Of a stretch of DNA of 64,000 nt, positions 9,050 to 18,236 are shown piece by piece; position 1 is the first letter of the stretch; each line of letters starts with the position of its first letter. Under the pieces are notes generated by a model. The model had not been told where the DNA came from, did not search any database, and saw nothing but the letters and a program-made list of their open reading frames with translations. The position numbers were made by a program, and so were the translations under genes. This DNA is from Collinsella aerofaciens (GTDB taxonomy: Bacteria; Actinomycetota; Coriobacteriia; Coriobacteriales; Coriobacteriaceae): the NCBI GenBank assembly GCA_048503295.1, contig DBFRVO010000024.1, forward strand, positions 2,511 to 66,510, read 5' to 3'.

Positions 9050-9889
9050 CTAGGACTCCTGCGGCAGGCGCTTCTTGCCTTTGCGGGCGCGGTTTCTAAA
9101 GTTCTCGACGGCCTCTTCCATGCCCAGAGGTACATAGGTGAGCGCATCGAGGTTTTCGGGCAGGTAGCAGGCAAGGCTTTGCTCCTGCGCGCGGCCCGCC
9201 GCGAGCTGTTCATCGCTGGGCTGCGCGCCGGGTGTGGCGCAAATGCCATAGACGGCGGCACCCATCTCGCGCGTGCGGCATTCATATTCGGTCTCGGGGT
9301 GCTCGGGATGGTCGCGGCGGACGTCGTCGCTTACCCAAAGCGTATCGTAGCCGGCCGCGGCAAACTGTCCCAGGGCGTAATCGCGCAACGGCTTGCTATC
9401 GGTGCGCAGCGTGACGGTAGCGCCGGCTGAAAAGAGCGGGCGGTAGAGCATCAGATGGTCGACATGGACGAGTCGTTTTTTAGCGTACTTGGCCTTGGGC
9501 TGCGGCGTGGGAAAGTTAATGGTGATGGCATCGAGCTCGCCTGCGGCAAACAGCTGTGGCAGCGATGCGGCGCCTCGGGGCAGGACGAGTGCGTTGGATA
9601 GCCCCTGTTCGCAGATTTTCTGCGCGGCATAGGCGATGCAGATGGGCTCCTGGTCCATGCCGATAAAGAGGGTGTCGGGCTCGCGGTGGGCGCGCTCGAC
9701 CAGATAGGTTCCCTTGCCACAGCCAAGATCCAGGTGAAGGTGTTCGAAGGGCTTGCTGCCAGCTGGCGCGCAAGCCTCGCGCCAATCTCCGGCATAAGCC
9801 TCGGGGTTCGTCTCGATCGCATCGGCGCAGCGCTCCAGGCGCTCCTCGAGCACAAAGTTCTTAGGCGTGCGAACGTGGACGGCTCCCAT
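9050..9889 (-). CDS. trmB: tRNA (guanine-N7)-methyltransferase
   Basis: LDLGCGKG, NFPTPQPK..KKRL, RTD and TEYE motifs. Confidence 0.85.
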   Translation of the reverse strand: MGAVHVRTPKNFVLEERLERCADAIETNPEAYAGDWREACAPAGSKPFEHLHLDLGCGKGTYLVERAHREPDTLFIGMDQEPICIAYAAQKICEQGLSNALVLPRGAASLPQLFAAGELDAITINFPTPQPKAKYAKKRLVHVDHLMLYRPLFSAGATVTLRTDSKPLRDYALGQFAAAGYDTLWVSDDVRRDHPEHPETEYECRTREMGAAVYGICATPGAQPSDEQLAAGRAQEQSLACYLPENLDALTYVPLGMEEAVENFRNRARKGKKRLPQES

Positions 9890-10006
9890 GAGGCTCCTTG
9901 GTCATAAATGCGAAACGCATGGCCGCGCGTTCCGTCAATGGGTTGAAAAGGGCGGGCATAGATTGCCCGAAAGATGTGGTGCGGCTCGGCGGCGAGTCGT
10001 CGGTGC

Positions 10007-10879
10007 CTACAGGCGCTTGAGAATCACATAGCGGTTGAGCTCGCCGCTACGACCGTCGGCATGGAAGCGCTCAAGCTCGCGCACGGGGACCTCGCCGCTC
10101 TTGTAGAACGTACGGACGCCGCGCACCAGGTCGGTGATCTGCTGATCGTCAAAGTGATGGCAATAGCGGTAGGCGTGGCGGTCGTTTTGCCAGCCGATGA
10201 GGTGGTCGCCGGCTTCAAACTGTGCGGAATCGTAACCCTCAAACGGCGGGGTGAGCTCGGCGCGGGCTTCGGCTCGAACGGCCTTGCGCGCCATGCGCTC
10301 GTCGTTCATAAACTCCCAAAAGCTGATGGCGATGATGCCGCCCGGGCGCGTCTGCCGCACCAAGGCGTCGAGTACGCGTACGCGGTACTCGCACGACGGC
10401 ACGTGGTGCATAAAGCCAAAGCAGACCGAGATGTCGGCGAGCGGGGCGTCGAAAAGCACGTCGGGCGTCTCGGCGGGGTTGAGCTTCATGAGGGCGTCGA
10501 GCACGTCGAGTTCCTGGAAGTGCAGGTTGGGAATGCGAAGCGCGTGGCCATGTGCATCGATAGCCAGGTCTTGGCACGAGTCGACACCATAGAACTCAAA
10601 CGGGCAGCTGACATCTGCCGAGGGGTTTGCGCCGTCGACGCCCTTGGCGGCAAGTGCGCCGCCGGCGGCAAAATTCTCGAATCGCATATTGCCGCAGGCA
10701 AGATCGAAGACGCGGACGGGATGCTCGATCGTGGCGACGTCGAGCTGCCCGAGCGCGATGTCCATGGTGCGCACCCAGCCGGGCCACGGGGCCTGGCGCG
10801 TATCGGAGAAGGAGGCGGAGTGCTCGCGATAGAACGTGTTGTTGAGCTGGATGAGCGATGAGGCGAAATCGCGGTTCAC
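10007..10879 (-). CDS. Class I SAM methyltransferase, Trm9/ALKBH8-like
   Basis: FY..SASFSDTRQAPWP, DLACGN, MHHVP..R..L, PGG....SFW and DHLIGW..YRYCHHF motifs. GTG start with GGAGGG SD. Confidence 0.75.
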   Translation of the reverse strand: MNRDFASSLIQLNNTFYREHSASFSDTRQAPWPGWVRTMDIALGQLDVATIEHPVRVFDLACGNMRFENFAAGGALAAKGVDGANPSADVSCPFEFYGVDSCQDLAIDAHGHALRIPNLHFQELDVLDALMKLNPAETPDVLFDAPLADISVCFGFMHHVPSCEYRVRVLDALVRQTRPGGIIAISFWEFMNDERMARKAVRAEARAELTPPFEGYDSAQFEAGDHLIGWQNDRHAYRYCHHFDDQQITDLVRGVRTFYKSGEVPVRELERFHADGRSGELNRYVILKRL

Positions 10880-11146
10880 GGCGCGGAACTCCCTCCGTTG
10901 GCGGTGCGGAATTAACAGTACGACCATACTACCGTTAACGCCGCAACGGGGACAACCAAGCTACGGGTCATTGCTTTGTTTGGACACATTTCCGCAGCTC
11001 ATATGCACCCGCAACCGCCGGTTGTCAAAAATCTCACTAGAATAGGTGGCATGTTTTTGGCGGTGGCGGATAGATTTTTAACTGTGCAAGGCGCCTTAAG
11101 AACAAAAACGGTCCGGCGGCACGGCTGGCATCACATAGGAGGAACC

Positions 11147-11869
11147 ATGAATGTAGAAACTGCGCAGCGGCTCGCCGACCTTCGCCGCAGCAAAGGCTTT
11201 AGCCAAGAAGGGCTGGCGCGAAAGCTGGGGCTGTCGCGCCAGGCGGTCAGTAAATGGGAGCGCGCGGAGAGCTCACCCGATACCGAGAACCTGATCTCGC
11301 TCGCCAAACTCTATGGCGTGAGCTTGGACGAGTTGCTCAATCCGAGCGACGAGATTGAGGACGATATCGAGTTTGAGAACGAGGACCGCGCTCGCCAACG
11401 CGAGGCCGAGGCGGCAGAGCGCGCACGCACCCATGAGGCGGCGGCACGTGCCACCGAGGCGGCAACGCAGGCGAGTGATGCCGCCGCCAAGGCGGCGGAA
11501 GCGGCAAGCTGGAGTGCACAGGCCGCCAATGCCGCTACGGCGCAGGCGACGAGTGGCGGTGCGGTTGGCTCGACTCCGGTGAAGGGCCCGTTCCAGTCGT
11601 TCCCGTATTGGGCCGTGTGCTGGCTGCTGTTCATTTTGCTGATGTTCCTGTTTGGTGCCGGCCCCTTTGCCGCACTGATCTTCTTTACGATTCCCATCTA
11701 TCACTGGGTGGCGCGTGCGCTCGATGGCGATTGGGCGCGCGGGGATATTCAGGTTGGTTCGGCGTCGGTGGCGGTCAAGGCCCAGGGGAAGGATACTTCT
11801 GCGGAATCTGATGCTGACGTGGCTACCGCGACTACCGCTGAGCCGATTGCCAAAGAGAGTGATGAATGA
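11147..11869 (+). CDS. XRE-family HTH regulator with C-terminal transmembrane segments
   Basis: SQEGLARKLGLSRQAVSKWE..PD..NL motif, hydrophobic C-terminal hairpin, AGGAGG SD. Confidence 0.9.
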   Translation: MNVETAQRLADLRRSKGFSQEGLARKLGLSRQAVSKWERAESSPDTENLISLAKLYGVSLDELLNPSDEIEDDIEFENEDRARQREAEAAERARTHEAAARATEAATQASDAAAKAAEAASWSAQAANAATAQATSGGAVGSTPVKGPFQSFPYWAVCWLLFILLMFLFGAGPFAALIFFTIPIYHWVARALDGDWARGDIQVGSASVAVKAQGKDTSAESDADVATATTAEPIAKESDE

Positions 11870-12765
11870 TGAAGCTTTCGCATGAATCCAAGGTACGCTT
11901 GGGCGTTGGCATCGGAGCGTTTGTGCTCATCATCGGGCTTGTCTTTGGCATTTCGCGGACTTTGATTCATTTTGATGGCCCGTGGGATCTCGACGATGTT
12001 GTATCCGGCTTCTCTGGTATGGACGATGCGGTTGACGAGGACGATCTTTTGGATGGCGGTAACTATTCCGCTCAGCCTCAGCAGCTTTCGAGCGAAACCT
12101 TTGATGCCGACGCGTTCACATCGCTTGACTTGGACGTGACGTCGGGCACGGTCGAGGTCAAACACGTCTCCAGCGGGCCAGTGCGCGTAATTGAAAGCGG
12201 TCGCGTGGCAACGGGGACCGTTGCCTTCGATGCGGCAACCCAGAACCTGGCCGAAATCAAGGGCTCTACGCTCAAGATTCGCCAGTTCGATTGCGATGAC
12301 GAGCGCGCCATTGACCGCACGGTTACCGTCGAACTGCCGCGCGAAGTTGCCGATAACATGGTGGGCATTACAGCGAATGTAGGATCGGGTGACCTGACGG
12401 TCGCGGGCATTGCGTGTCATGACCTCAACCTGACTTTGGACTCTGGAGACGTTGAGTTTACGGGCACCGTGACCGATACCCTGAATGCCGAGGTCGGTTC
12501 GGGCGATGTGACGTTCGAGCTCTACCAGGCCCCCGCGAAGTCGATGGACGTGAGTGTGGGCTCGGGCGATGTGGAGATGACGGTTCCGAACTCGACGGGC
12601 TTTAAGGCGAGCCTCACCTTGGGCAGCGGCGACTTTGAGAGCGATTTCCTTCCGCTTGGCTACGACGGCGAGACCATTTTGAATCTTGAATTCGATAACG
12701 GCGATAAGTCTGCTACGTATCGTTTTGAGGTCGGTTCGGGCGACATGTCGTTTGATCCGGAGTGA
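11866..12765 (+). CDS. DUF4097 / beta-strand repeat membrane-anchored protein
   Basis: N-terminal TM and repeated (V/L)GSGDV units. ATGA overlap with upstream gene. Confidence 0.85.
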   Translation: MMKLSHESKVRLGVGIGAFVLIIGLVFGISRTLIHFDGPWDLDDVVSGFSGMDDAVDEDDLLDGGNYSAQPQQLSSETFDADAFTSLDLDVTSGTVEVKHVSSGPVRVIESGRVATGTVAFDAATQNLAEIKGSTLKIRQFDCDDERAIDRTVTVELPREVADNMVGITANVGSGDLTVAGIACHDLNLTLDSGDVEFTGTVTDTLNAEVGSGDVTFELYQAPAKSMDVSVGSGDVEMTVPNSTGFKASLTLGSGDFESDFLPLGYDGETILNLEFDNGDKSATYRFEVGSGDMSFDPE

Positions 12766-12811
12766 CATGCGGTTTTCGGAGATCGGTACATATAGGCATG
12801 CTCTTTGATGG

Positions 12812-12845
12812 AGGCGCCGGAGCCGTGACGGGCTTCGGCGCCTTT
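12812..12845 (+). terminator. Intrinsic terminator
   Basis: AGGCGCCGGAGCC-loop-GGCTTCGGCGCCT, followed by a short T run. Confidence 0.6.
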
Positions 12846-12862
12846 GCCTTTACAATGGGGAC

Positions 12863-14770
12863 ATGGAACAGATTATCTTGAACATACTCGAGGCTCTGCG
12901 TCGCGGCGAGACCGTGGACGACAAAGCGCTCGTCAAACTGATACATGCCGAGGCGCGCCGTGAGGGTGCCGACAAACGCGATTTGGCCAAGCGCCGTCTG
13001 CTGCCGTTCTACCAGCGGGTTAAACGTGAGGAGCCGGTTCGGTGGGCTGCGTGGAATGTCGATTCCGATCTGGAGCGTCAACTGCTGCAGGTCCTGCGTA
13101 TGAAGCCGCGCCGAACGGCCTCGGGCGTGGCGACCATTACCGTCATTACCAAGCCCTGGCCATGCTCGGGCGATTGCCTGTTTTGCCCCAACGATCTGCG
13201 CATGCCCAAAAGCTATCTGCACGCCGAGCCGGCGTGCGCCCGTGCGGAGCAAAACTGCTTCGACCCGTATCTGCAGGTGAGCGCTCGTCTGACCGCGCTT
13301 TCGCAGATGGGACATGCGACCGACAAGATAGAGCTCATTGTGCTCGGCGGTACCTGGAGCGACTATCCGCAAGGGTATCAGACGTGGTTTATGTCGGAGC
13401 TTTTCCGTGCGCTCAATGACGATGCCGTCGCCGGTGTGGCGGCAAACCCCATGTTGGCGCGTCCGGGCATCAGCCGTGCCGAGGCAGGGCGCCTGCTCGA
13501 TGACGCTCCCGCCGATGCCCTGCCGCCGGTGGTAACAGAGCGCCGCGAGCGCTATCGGGCTGCCGGCATTGCGACCGACGAGGCCGAGCTTGCGAGCGGC
13601 GTTGCCGACGAGCAGGGGCGTGTGGATGCTGTCGTTGGTGGCTATAACCGCGCAGTGCGTCGTCTGTACGGCCCCGGTACGCCATGGGGCGAGGCTGCCG
13701 AGTGGCAGACGGAAACGATGGAGGAGCTTGAGCGTCAGCAGCGCATCAACGAGACGGCGAAGCATCGCGTGGTGGGGCTCGTTATCGAGACCCGCCCCGA
13801 TGCCGTGACGCCACAGGCGCTCACGCTCATTCGTCGTCTGGGCTGCACCAAGATTCAGATGGGCATCCAGAGCCTCGACCAGCATTTGCTCGATATCAAC
13901 GAGCGTCGCATTTCGGTGGCTCAGATCGAGCAGGCGTTTTCGCTTGCGCGCCTCTTTGGCTTTAAGATCCATGCGCATTTTATGCTCAACTTATTGGGCG
14001 CCACACCCGAGGGGGACAAGCGCGACTACGAGCGCTTTATGACCGAAGGGGCCTTTATGCCCGACGAGGTCAAGGTCTACCCGTGCGCGCTCATCGAGGG
14101 CTCGCGTCTGGTGGGCTGCTATGAGCGCGGCGAGTGGCGTCCCTATACCGAGGAAGAGCTGCTCGATGTGTTGGCCGACGACATCGTGGTGACGCCGGCG
14201 TTCTGCCGCATCAGTCGCATGATCCGCGACTTTAGCTCCGACGACATCATGGTGGGCAACAAGAAGCCCAACCTGCGTCAGCTCGTTGAAAACCGCTTGT
14301 CGGCTCGTGGGGAAGGCGCGACAGTGCGTGAGATTCGCTATCGCGAGATTAGCACGGCGGGCGCCGACTTGCATGAGCTGACCCTTGACGAGGAAGTGGC
14401 GTACGAGACGCCGGTGACGCACGAGCGCTTTTTGCAGTGGGTGACGCCGCAGGGCAAGATCGCGGGCTTTTTGCGTCTGTCTCTGCCCGATCGTGCTTTT
14501 GTTGCCGCGCATGCGGATGAGTTGCCGACGACACCGGACGAGGCGATGATTCGCGAGGTGCACGTGTATGGCATGGCGGCGCGCGTGGGAGATCAAGGCC
14601 AGGCAGCCCAGCACCATGGATTGGGGCGTTTGCTCGTAGAGCGTGCGTGCCATATTGCTCGGGACGCGGGCTATGCGCGCATCAACGTGATCAGCGCGAT
14701 TGGCACACGCGAGTACTATCGCCATTTGGGTTTTTACGACCATGGACTCTATCTGCAAAAGGAGCTCTAG
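12863..14770 (+). CDS. elp3: Elp3-family radical SAM / GNAT tRNA U34 carboxymethyltransferase
   Basis: KPRRTASGVA, PCSGDCLFCP..PKSY..EPA, ETRPD, IRYRE, IREVHVYG, QHHGLG and ISAIGTREYYR motifs. TACAAT 7 nt before ATG suggests a leaderless mRNA. Confidence 0.9.
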   Translation: MEQIILNILEALRRGETVDDKALVKLIHAEARREGADKRDLAKRRLLPFYQRVKREEPVRWAAWNVDSDLERQLLQVLRMKPRRTASGVATITVITKPWPCSGDCLFCPNDLRMPKSYLHAEPACARAEQNCFDPYLQVSARLTALSQMGHATDKIELIVLGGTWSDYPQGYQTWFMSELFRALNDDAVAGVAANPMLARPGISRAEAGRLLDDAPADALPPVVTERRERYRAAGIATDEAELASGVADEQGRVDAVVGGYNRAVRRLYGPGTPWGEAAEWQTETMEELERQQRINETAKHRVVGLVIETRPDAVTPQALTLIRRLGCTKIQMGIQSLDQHLLDINERRISVAQIEQAFSLARLFGFKIHAHFMLNLLGATPEGDKRDYERFMTEGAFMPDEVKVYPCALIEGSRLVGCYERGEWRPYTEEELLDVLADDIVVTPAFCRISRMIRDFSSDDIMVGNKKPNLRQLVENRLSARGEGATVREIRYREISTAGADLHELTLDEEVAYETPVTHERFLQWVTPQGKIAGFLRLSLPDRAFVAAHADELPTTPDEAMIREVHVYGMAARVGDQGQAAQHHGLGRLLVERACHIARDAGYARINVISAIGTREYYRHLGFYDHGLYLQKEL

Positions 14771-15649
14771 ATGAACAAGCCAAGTGTTTCTGCCGGCGTC
14801 GTTGCCGGCGTTGCTCTGGGAGCCGCGGCGCTTGGTGCGGCCGCCGTCGCTGTTCGCGCTGCCTGTCTGCAGGTTGCGCGAACCCGCAATGGGTTGGCGC
14901 GTGTGAAACGCGTGCACGATGAGGGCGGCGATGAGATTCGCGTGTTGGTGCAAGGCGGCGTCTACCAAAGCGCGAGCTATGTCGGTGAGCGTTGGGCCGA
15001 GCCCGTCTTTGCGTACTATCGTGCGTTTGACGACGTGTTTGAGTCCGAGGATGCGATGCGCGACGCTTATGGTCACGGCATCGACCGTATGCTTATGCTG
15101 GGCGGCGGCGGGTTTGCCTATCCTAAATTCGCCCTGATGTCGCACGAGGGCTTGCGCATGGACGTCATCGAGTATGACGGAGAGATTACGCGCCTGGCGC
15201 GCCGTTGGTTCTATCTGGACGAGCTGGAGCGCACGGTGGGCGACCGCTTGCGGGTGATTACTGCTGAGGCTCGCTCGTATCTGGGTGTGACGAGTGTGGG
15301 CCATCGTCGCTACGACGTGGTCGTGAGCGATTGCTTTGGCGGTGCCGAGCCCGTACGCGAGCTGGCGACGGTTGAGGCCTTGCGTTTGGTGCGGGGCAGC
15401 CTAAATGTCGGTGGCGTCTACGTTGCCAATATCGTGAGCGCAAGCGAGGGGAGCGATGTGACGTTCCTGCGCGATTGCGCTGCCACGGCACTCGAGGTAT
15501 TCGCCCACGCCTGGGTGGTCCCATGTGGCGATGCGGAGTTCGGCGGCGAGGAGAACTACCTGCTCATCGCCAGCGACGGCAACTACGCCTTTGCCGAAGC
15601 CGTGCCCTTCGACACCGACTTCCTCGGCACCGTTCTTCACGACAAATAG
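14771..15649 (+). CDS. Spermidine synthase-like SAM-dependent transferase with N-terminal hydrophobic segment
   Basis: YQSA, MLGGGG, VIEYD and YDVVVSDCF motifs. Abuts elp3 stop codon. Confidence 0.75.
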   Translation: MNKPSVSAGVVAGVALGAAALGAAAVAVRAACLQVARTRNGLARVKRVHDEGGDEIRVLVQGGVYQSASYVGERWAEPVFAYYRAFDDVFESEDAMRDAYGHGIDRMLMLGGGGFAYPKFALMSHEGLRMDVIEYDGEITRLARRWFYLDELERTVGDRLRVITAEARSYLGVTSVGHRRYDVVVSDCFGGAEPVRELATVEALRLVRGSLNVGGVYVANIVSASEGSDVTFLRDCAATALEVFAHAWVVPCGDAEFGGEENYLLIASDGNYAFAEAVPFDTDFLGTVLHDK

Positions 15650-15675
15650 GTCTCCCCGTCCCAAAAAGACTGGTC

Positions 15676-18120
15676 TTAGGCGTGGTCGCGCCAGCTGCGG
15701 ACACGCTGCTTCATGTCTTCGATGTCGAGCACGCCTTCGGCAAAGCCTTTGCGCACGAGCTCTTCTGGAACGAATTCGTCGTACCGATCAAAGTAAGGCA
15801 CCTCGCCGGGATAGACGAGGTCGATGGGGTCGAAGTCTTTCTCGGCTTCGGCGGCGAGCACTTCAAAGAACGTCTCCTCGTCGGCCTTCATCTTAAACTG
15901 CATAAAGTACGGGCGTGACGGGTCGAGTCCGCGAAGGCCCAACTCAGCGGCGCATTTAATCTTGAGCATGCGCTCGAGCGCCAAAAAGGCGTAGCTGCCC
16001 AACCAGGGGAAGAGCACCCAGGTGTCGCCACCCAGGTTGATGAGCGGCTTAGTTCCCGCGCCCGAAATCTCGGCCGTATGGCGAGCCTGCGCCAGACGGG
16101 CCCGCGCGTTACCCATCAGGTACGGATACGCCGCGTGCTCGTTGAGCGCCTTGCGCATACGCTCGAGTACGTGTGTATTGATGTCGCCGGGGCAGTCGCC
16201 AAAGTAGGCCGGCACCCGGCCCTTGACCTGCGTGGCAAAGACGGTGTGACGCTTCCAGTCCACTTCCTCGACAATCCAGCAATGGCCGGCGATGGCAATG
16301 CGCTCACCGGGCGGGGGCGGGTTGACAATCGTGCCCAGCTCGGCCGATTCGCTGCGAACGGTGAACTCCTCGTTTTCCTGGAACACGGCGTAGAACTTAA
16401 AGTTGTTGATGATGCGCTCGCCCGCGAGACCCACGATGAGCCCGCCGCCCTCGGTGACTTGGATATGGTCGATCTTAATGAGGTGACGCAGCAACACGCG
16501 ATAGTCATCGGCCGAGATGCGATGGAAATAGCTGAGTGTGAGCACGCGCTGGGCAAGCTCTGCCGGCGTGAGTTCGCCGGTGCTGGCAAGCGTCGACATA
16601 GTCTGGTGGTAGAGCAGGCTGTAGGGGAGTCGATCGAGCTCGGGCGGCTCGACCCACTTTTCCTCGCGATAGAGTTGTACGAGCGCGATGCCCTGCAGGA
16701 GCTTCCACGGAATGGTCTCGGGCATCATCGTGCGCGGCTCGGGTTCCTCCTCGCGCATGACAAACCACATCTCGGGCGGAAGATCGCGGCGCCCCGTGCG
16801 GCCCATTCGCTGCAAAAAGGAGCTGACGGTAAACGGCGCGTCGATCTGAAACGCACGCTCCAGACGGCCGATATCGATACCGAGTTCCAGCGTGGAGGTG
16901 GTGACGGTTGTCTGTGCCTGCTCCTCATCGCGCATGAGTTCCTCGGCCGTTTCGCGCAGCGATGCCGAAAGATTGCCATGGTGGATGAGAAAACGGTCGG
17001 GCTCGTGCCGGCTCTCGCAGTAGCTGCGCAGCATGGAGCACACGGCCTCTGCCTCCTCGCGCGAGTTGGCAAAGACCAGGCACTTGCGCCCGCGGGTGTG
17101 TTCAAAGATATAGCCCATGCCGGGATCGGCGTTTTCGGGCGCGGTGTCGGTGGGGTTGAGGAGCGCCTGCTCATCGGCCCGGGGGATATCGACTTCGCCC
17201 TCGGGGGCCGAAGAAGTGCGACGGTCTTTGGGAGCGGCCTTGCCCCGTGCCCGCTCACGACGTTGACGGCGTTCCTCCTGTGTAAGCTGTCCGCTGTGGC
17301 GCACGTCTTGGGCGCCAGCCGGCAGCGCCGCGGGCGCCGCCGGCTCAATACGCTCGCACGCAAGCACTTCGGCCTCTTGAGGACCCATGCTCTCGAATCC
17401 TCGCTGCTGCGCCTGGGGACCCGAGTTGTAGAAGTGCTCCATGGAGATGCGCCACACGCGGCGCGGTTCCTCAAAGCGGGGGATGATGCAATCGCGTCCT
17501 GTTCCCTGTGAGAGAAAGGCGCCCGTGCGCTCGGGGTCGCCGATGGTGGCAGAAAGGCCGATGCGGCGGGGCTGCACGCCCGCCATGCGCGAGAGGCGCT
17601 CGATAAGGCAGAGCGTCTGACCGCCGCGGTCGCCGCGCATGAGCGAATGAACCTCGTCGATAACCACATAGCGCAGGTCGCAGAACATACGAGGGATTGC
17701 CATGTGCTTATGGATCAGGAGCGCCTCGAGCGACTCGGGCGTAATCTGCAAGATACCGCTCGGTTTTTTGATGAGCTTAGCCTTGTGCGACTGCGAAACA
17801 TCGCCATGCCAGTGCCAGACGGGGATATCGGCCTCTTCGCACAGGTCGTTGAGGCGGACGAACTGATCATTGATGAGTGCCTTGAGGGGGCCGATGTAGA
17901 GGGCGCCAACGCTCGCGGGCGGGTTCTCCCAAAACTCGGTCAGGATGGGAAAGAAGGCTGCCTCGGTTTTGCCGGAAGCCGTGGATGCCGTCAGGAGCAC
18001 ATTGTCCTGAGTGTTAAAGATGGCATCAGCTGCTGCAACCTGGATGGAGCGTAGACTCTCCCAATCGTGGGAGTAGATGAAGTCTTGGATAAACGGGGCG
18101 TAGCGGTCAAAGGCGTTCAC
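15676..18120 (-). CDS. Lhr-like DEAD/DEAH helicase (Shango SngC-like)
   Basis: TASGKTEA, PLKALINDQ, TPESLE, DEVH, SAT, STLELGIDIG and QRMGRTGRR motifs. GTG start with AGGAGG SD. Confidence 0.88.
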   Translation of the reverse strand: MNAFDRYAPFIQDFIYSHDWESLRSIQVAAADAIFNTQDNVLLTASTASGKTEAAFFPILTEFWENPPASVGALYIGPLKALINDQFVRLNDLCEEADIPVWHWHGDVSQSHKAKLIKKPSGILQITPESLEALLIHKHMAIPRMFCDLRYVVIDEVHSLMRGDRGGQTLCLIERLSRMAGVQPRRIGLSATIGDPERTGAFLSQGTGRDCIIPRFEEPRRVWRISMEHFYNSGPQAQQRGFESMGPQEAEVLACERIEPAAPAALPAGAQDVRHSGQLTQEERRQRRERARGKAAPKDRRTSSAPEGEVDIPRADEQALLNPTDTAPENADPGMGYIFEHTRGRKCLVFANSREEAEAVCSMLRSYCESRHEPDRFLIHHGNLSASLRETAEELMRDEEQAQTTVTTSTLELGIDIGRLERAFQIDAPFTVSSFLQRMGRTGRRDLPPEMWFVMREEEPEPRTMMPETIPWKLLQGIALVQLYREEKWVEPPELDRLPYSLLYHQTMSTLASTGELTPAELAQRVLTLSYFHRISADDYRVLLRHLIKIDHIQVTEGGGLIVGLAGERIINNFKFYAVFQENEEFTVRSESAELGTIVNPPPPGERIAIAGHCWIVEEVDWKRHTVFATQVKGRVPAYFGDCPGDINTHVLERMRKALNEHAAYPYLMGNARARLAQARHTAEISGAGTKPLINLGGDTWVLFPWLGSYAFLALERMLKIKCAAELGLRGLDPSRPYFMQFKMKADEETFFEVLAAEAEKDFDPIDLVYPGEVPYFDRYDEFVPEELVRKGFAEGVLDIEDMKQRVRSWRDHA

Positions 18121-18236
18121 GGGGCCTCCTTTCAAAAACGAATCTCTCAACGCGGTGGGCAGTGGCTTGCTGCATTACTGCCTCGACGTTTGCCCAGATA
18201 AAACCAGCCAAAATAAACCTGTCCCTTTTTGGCAGG

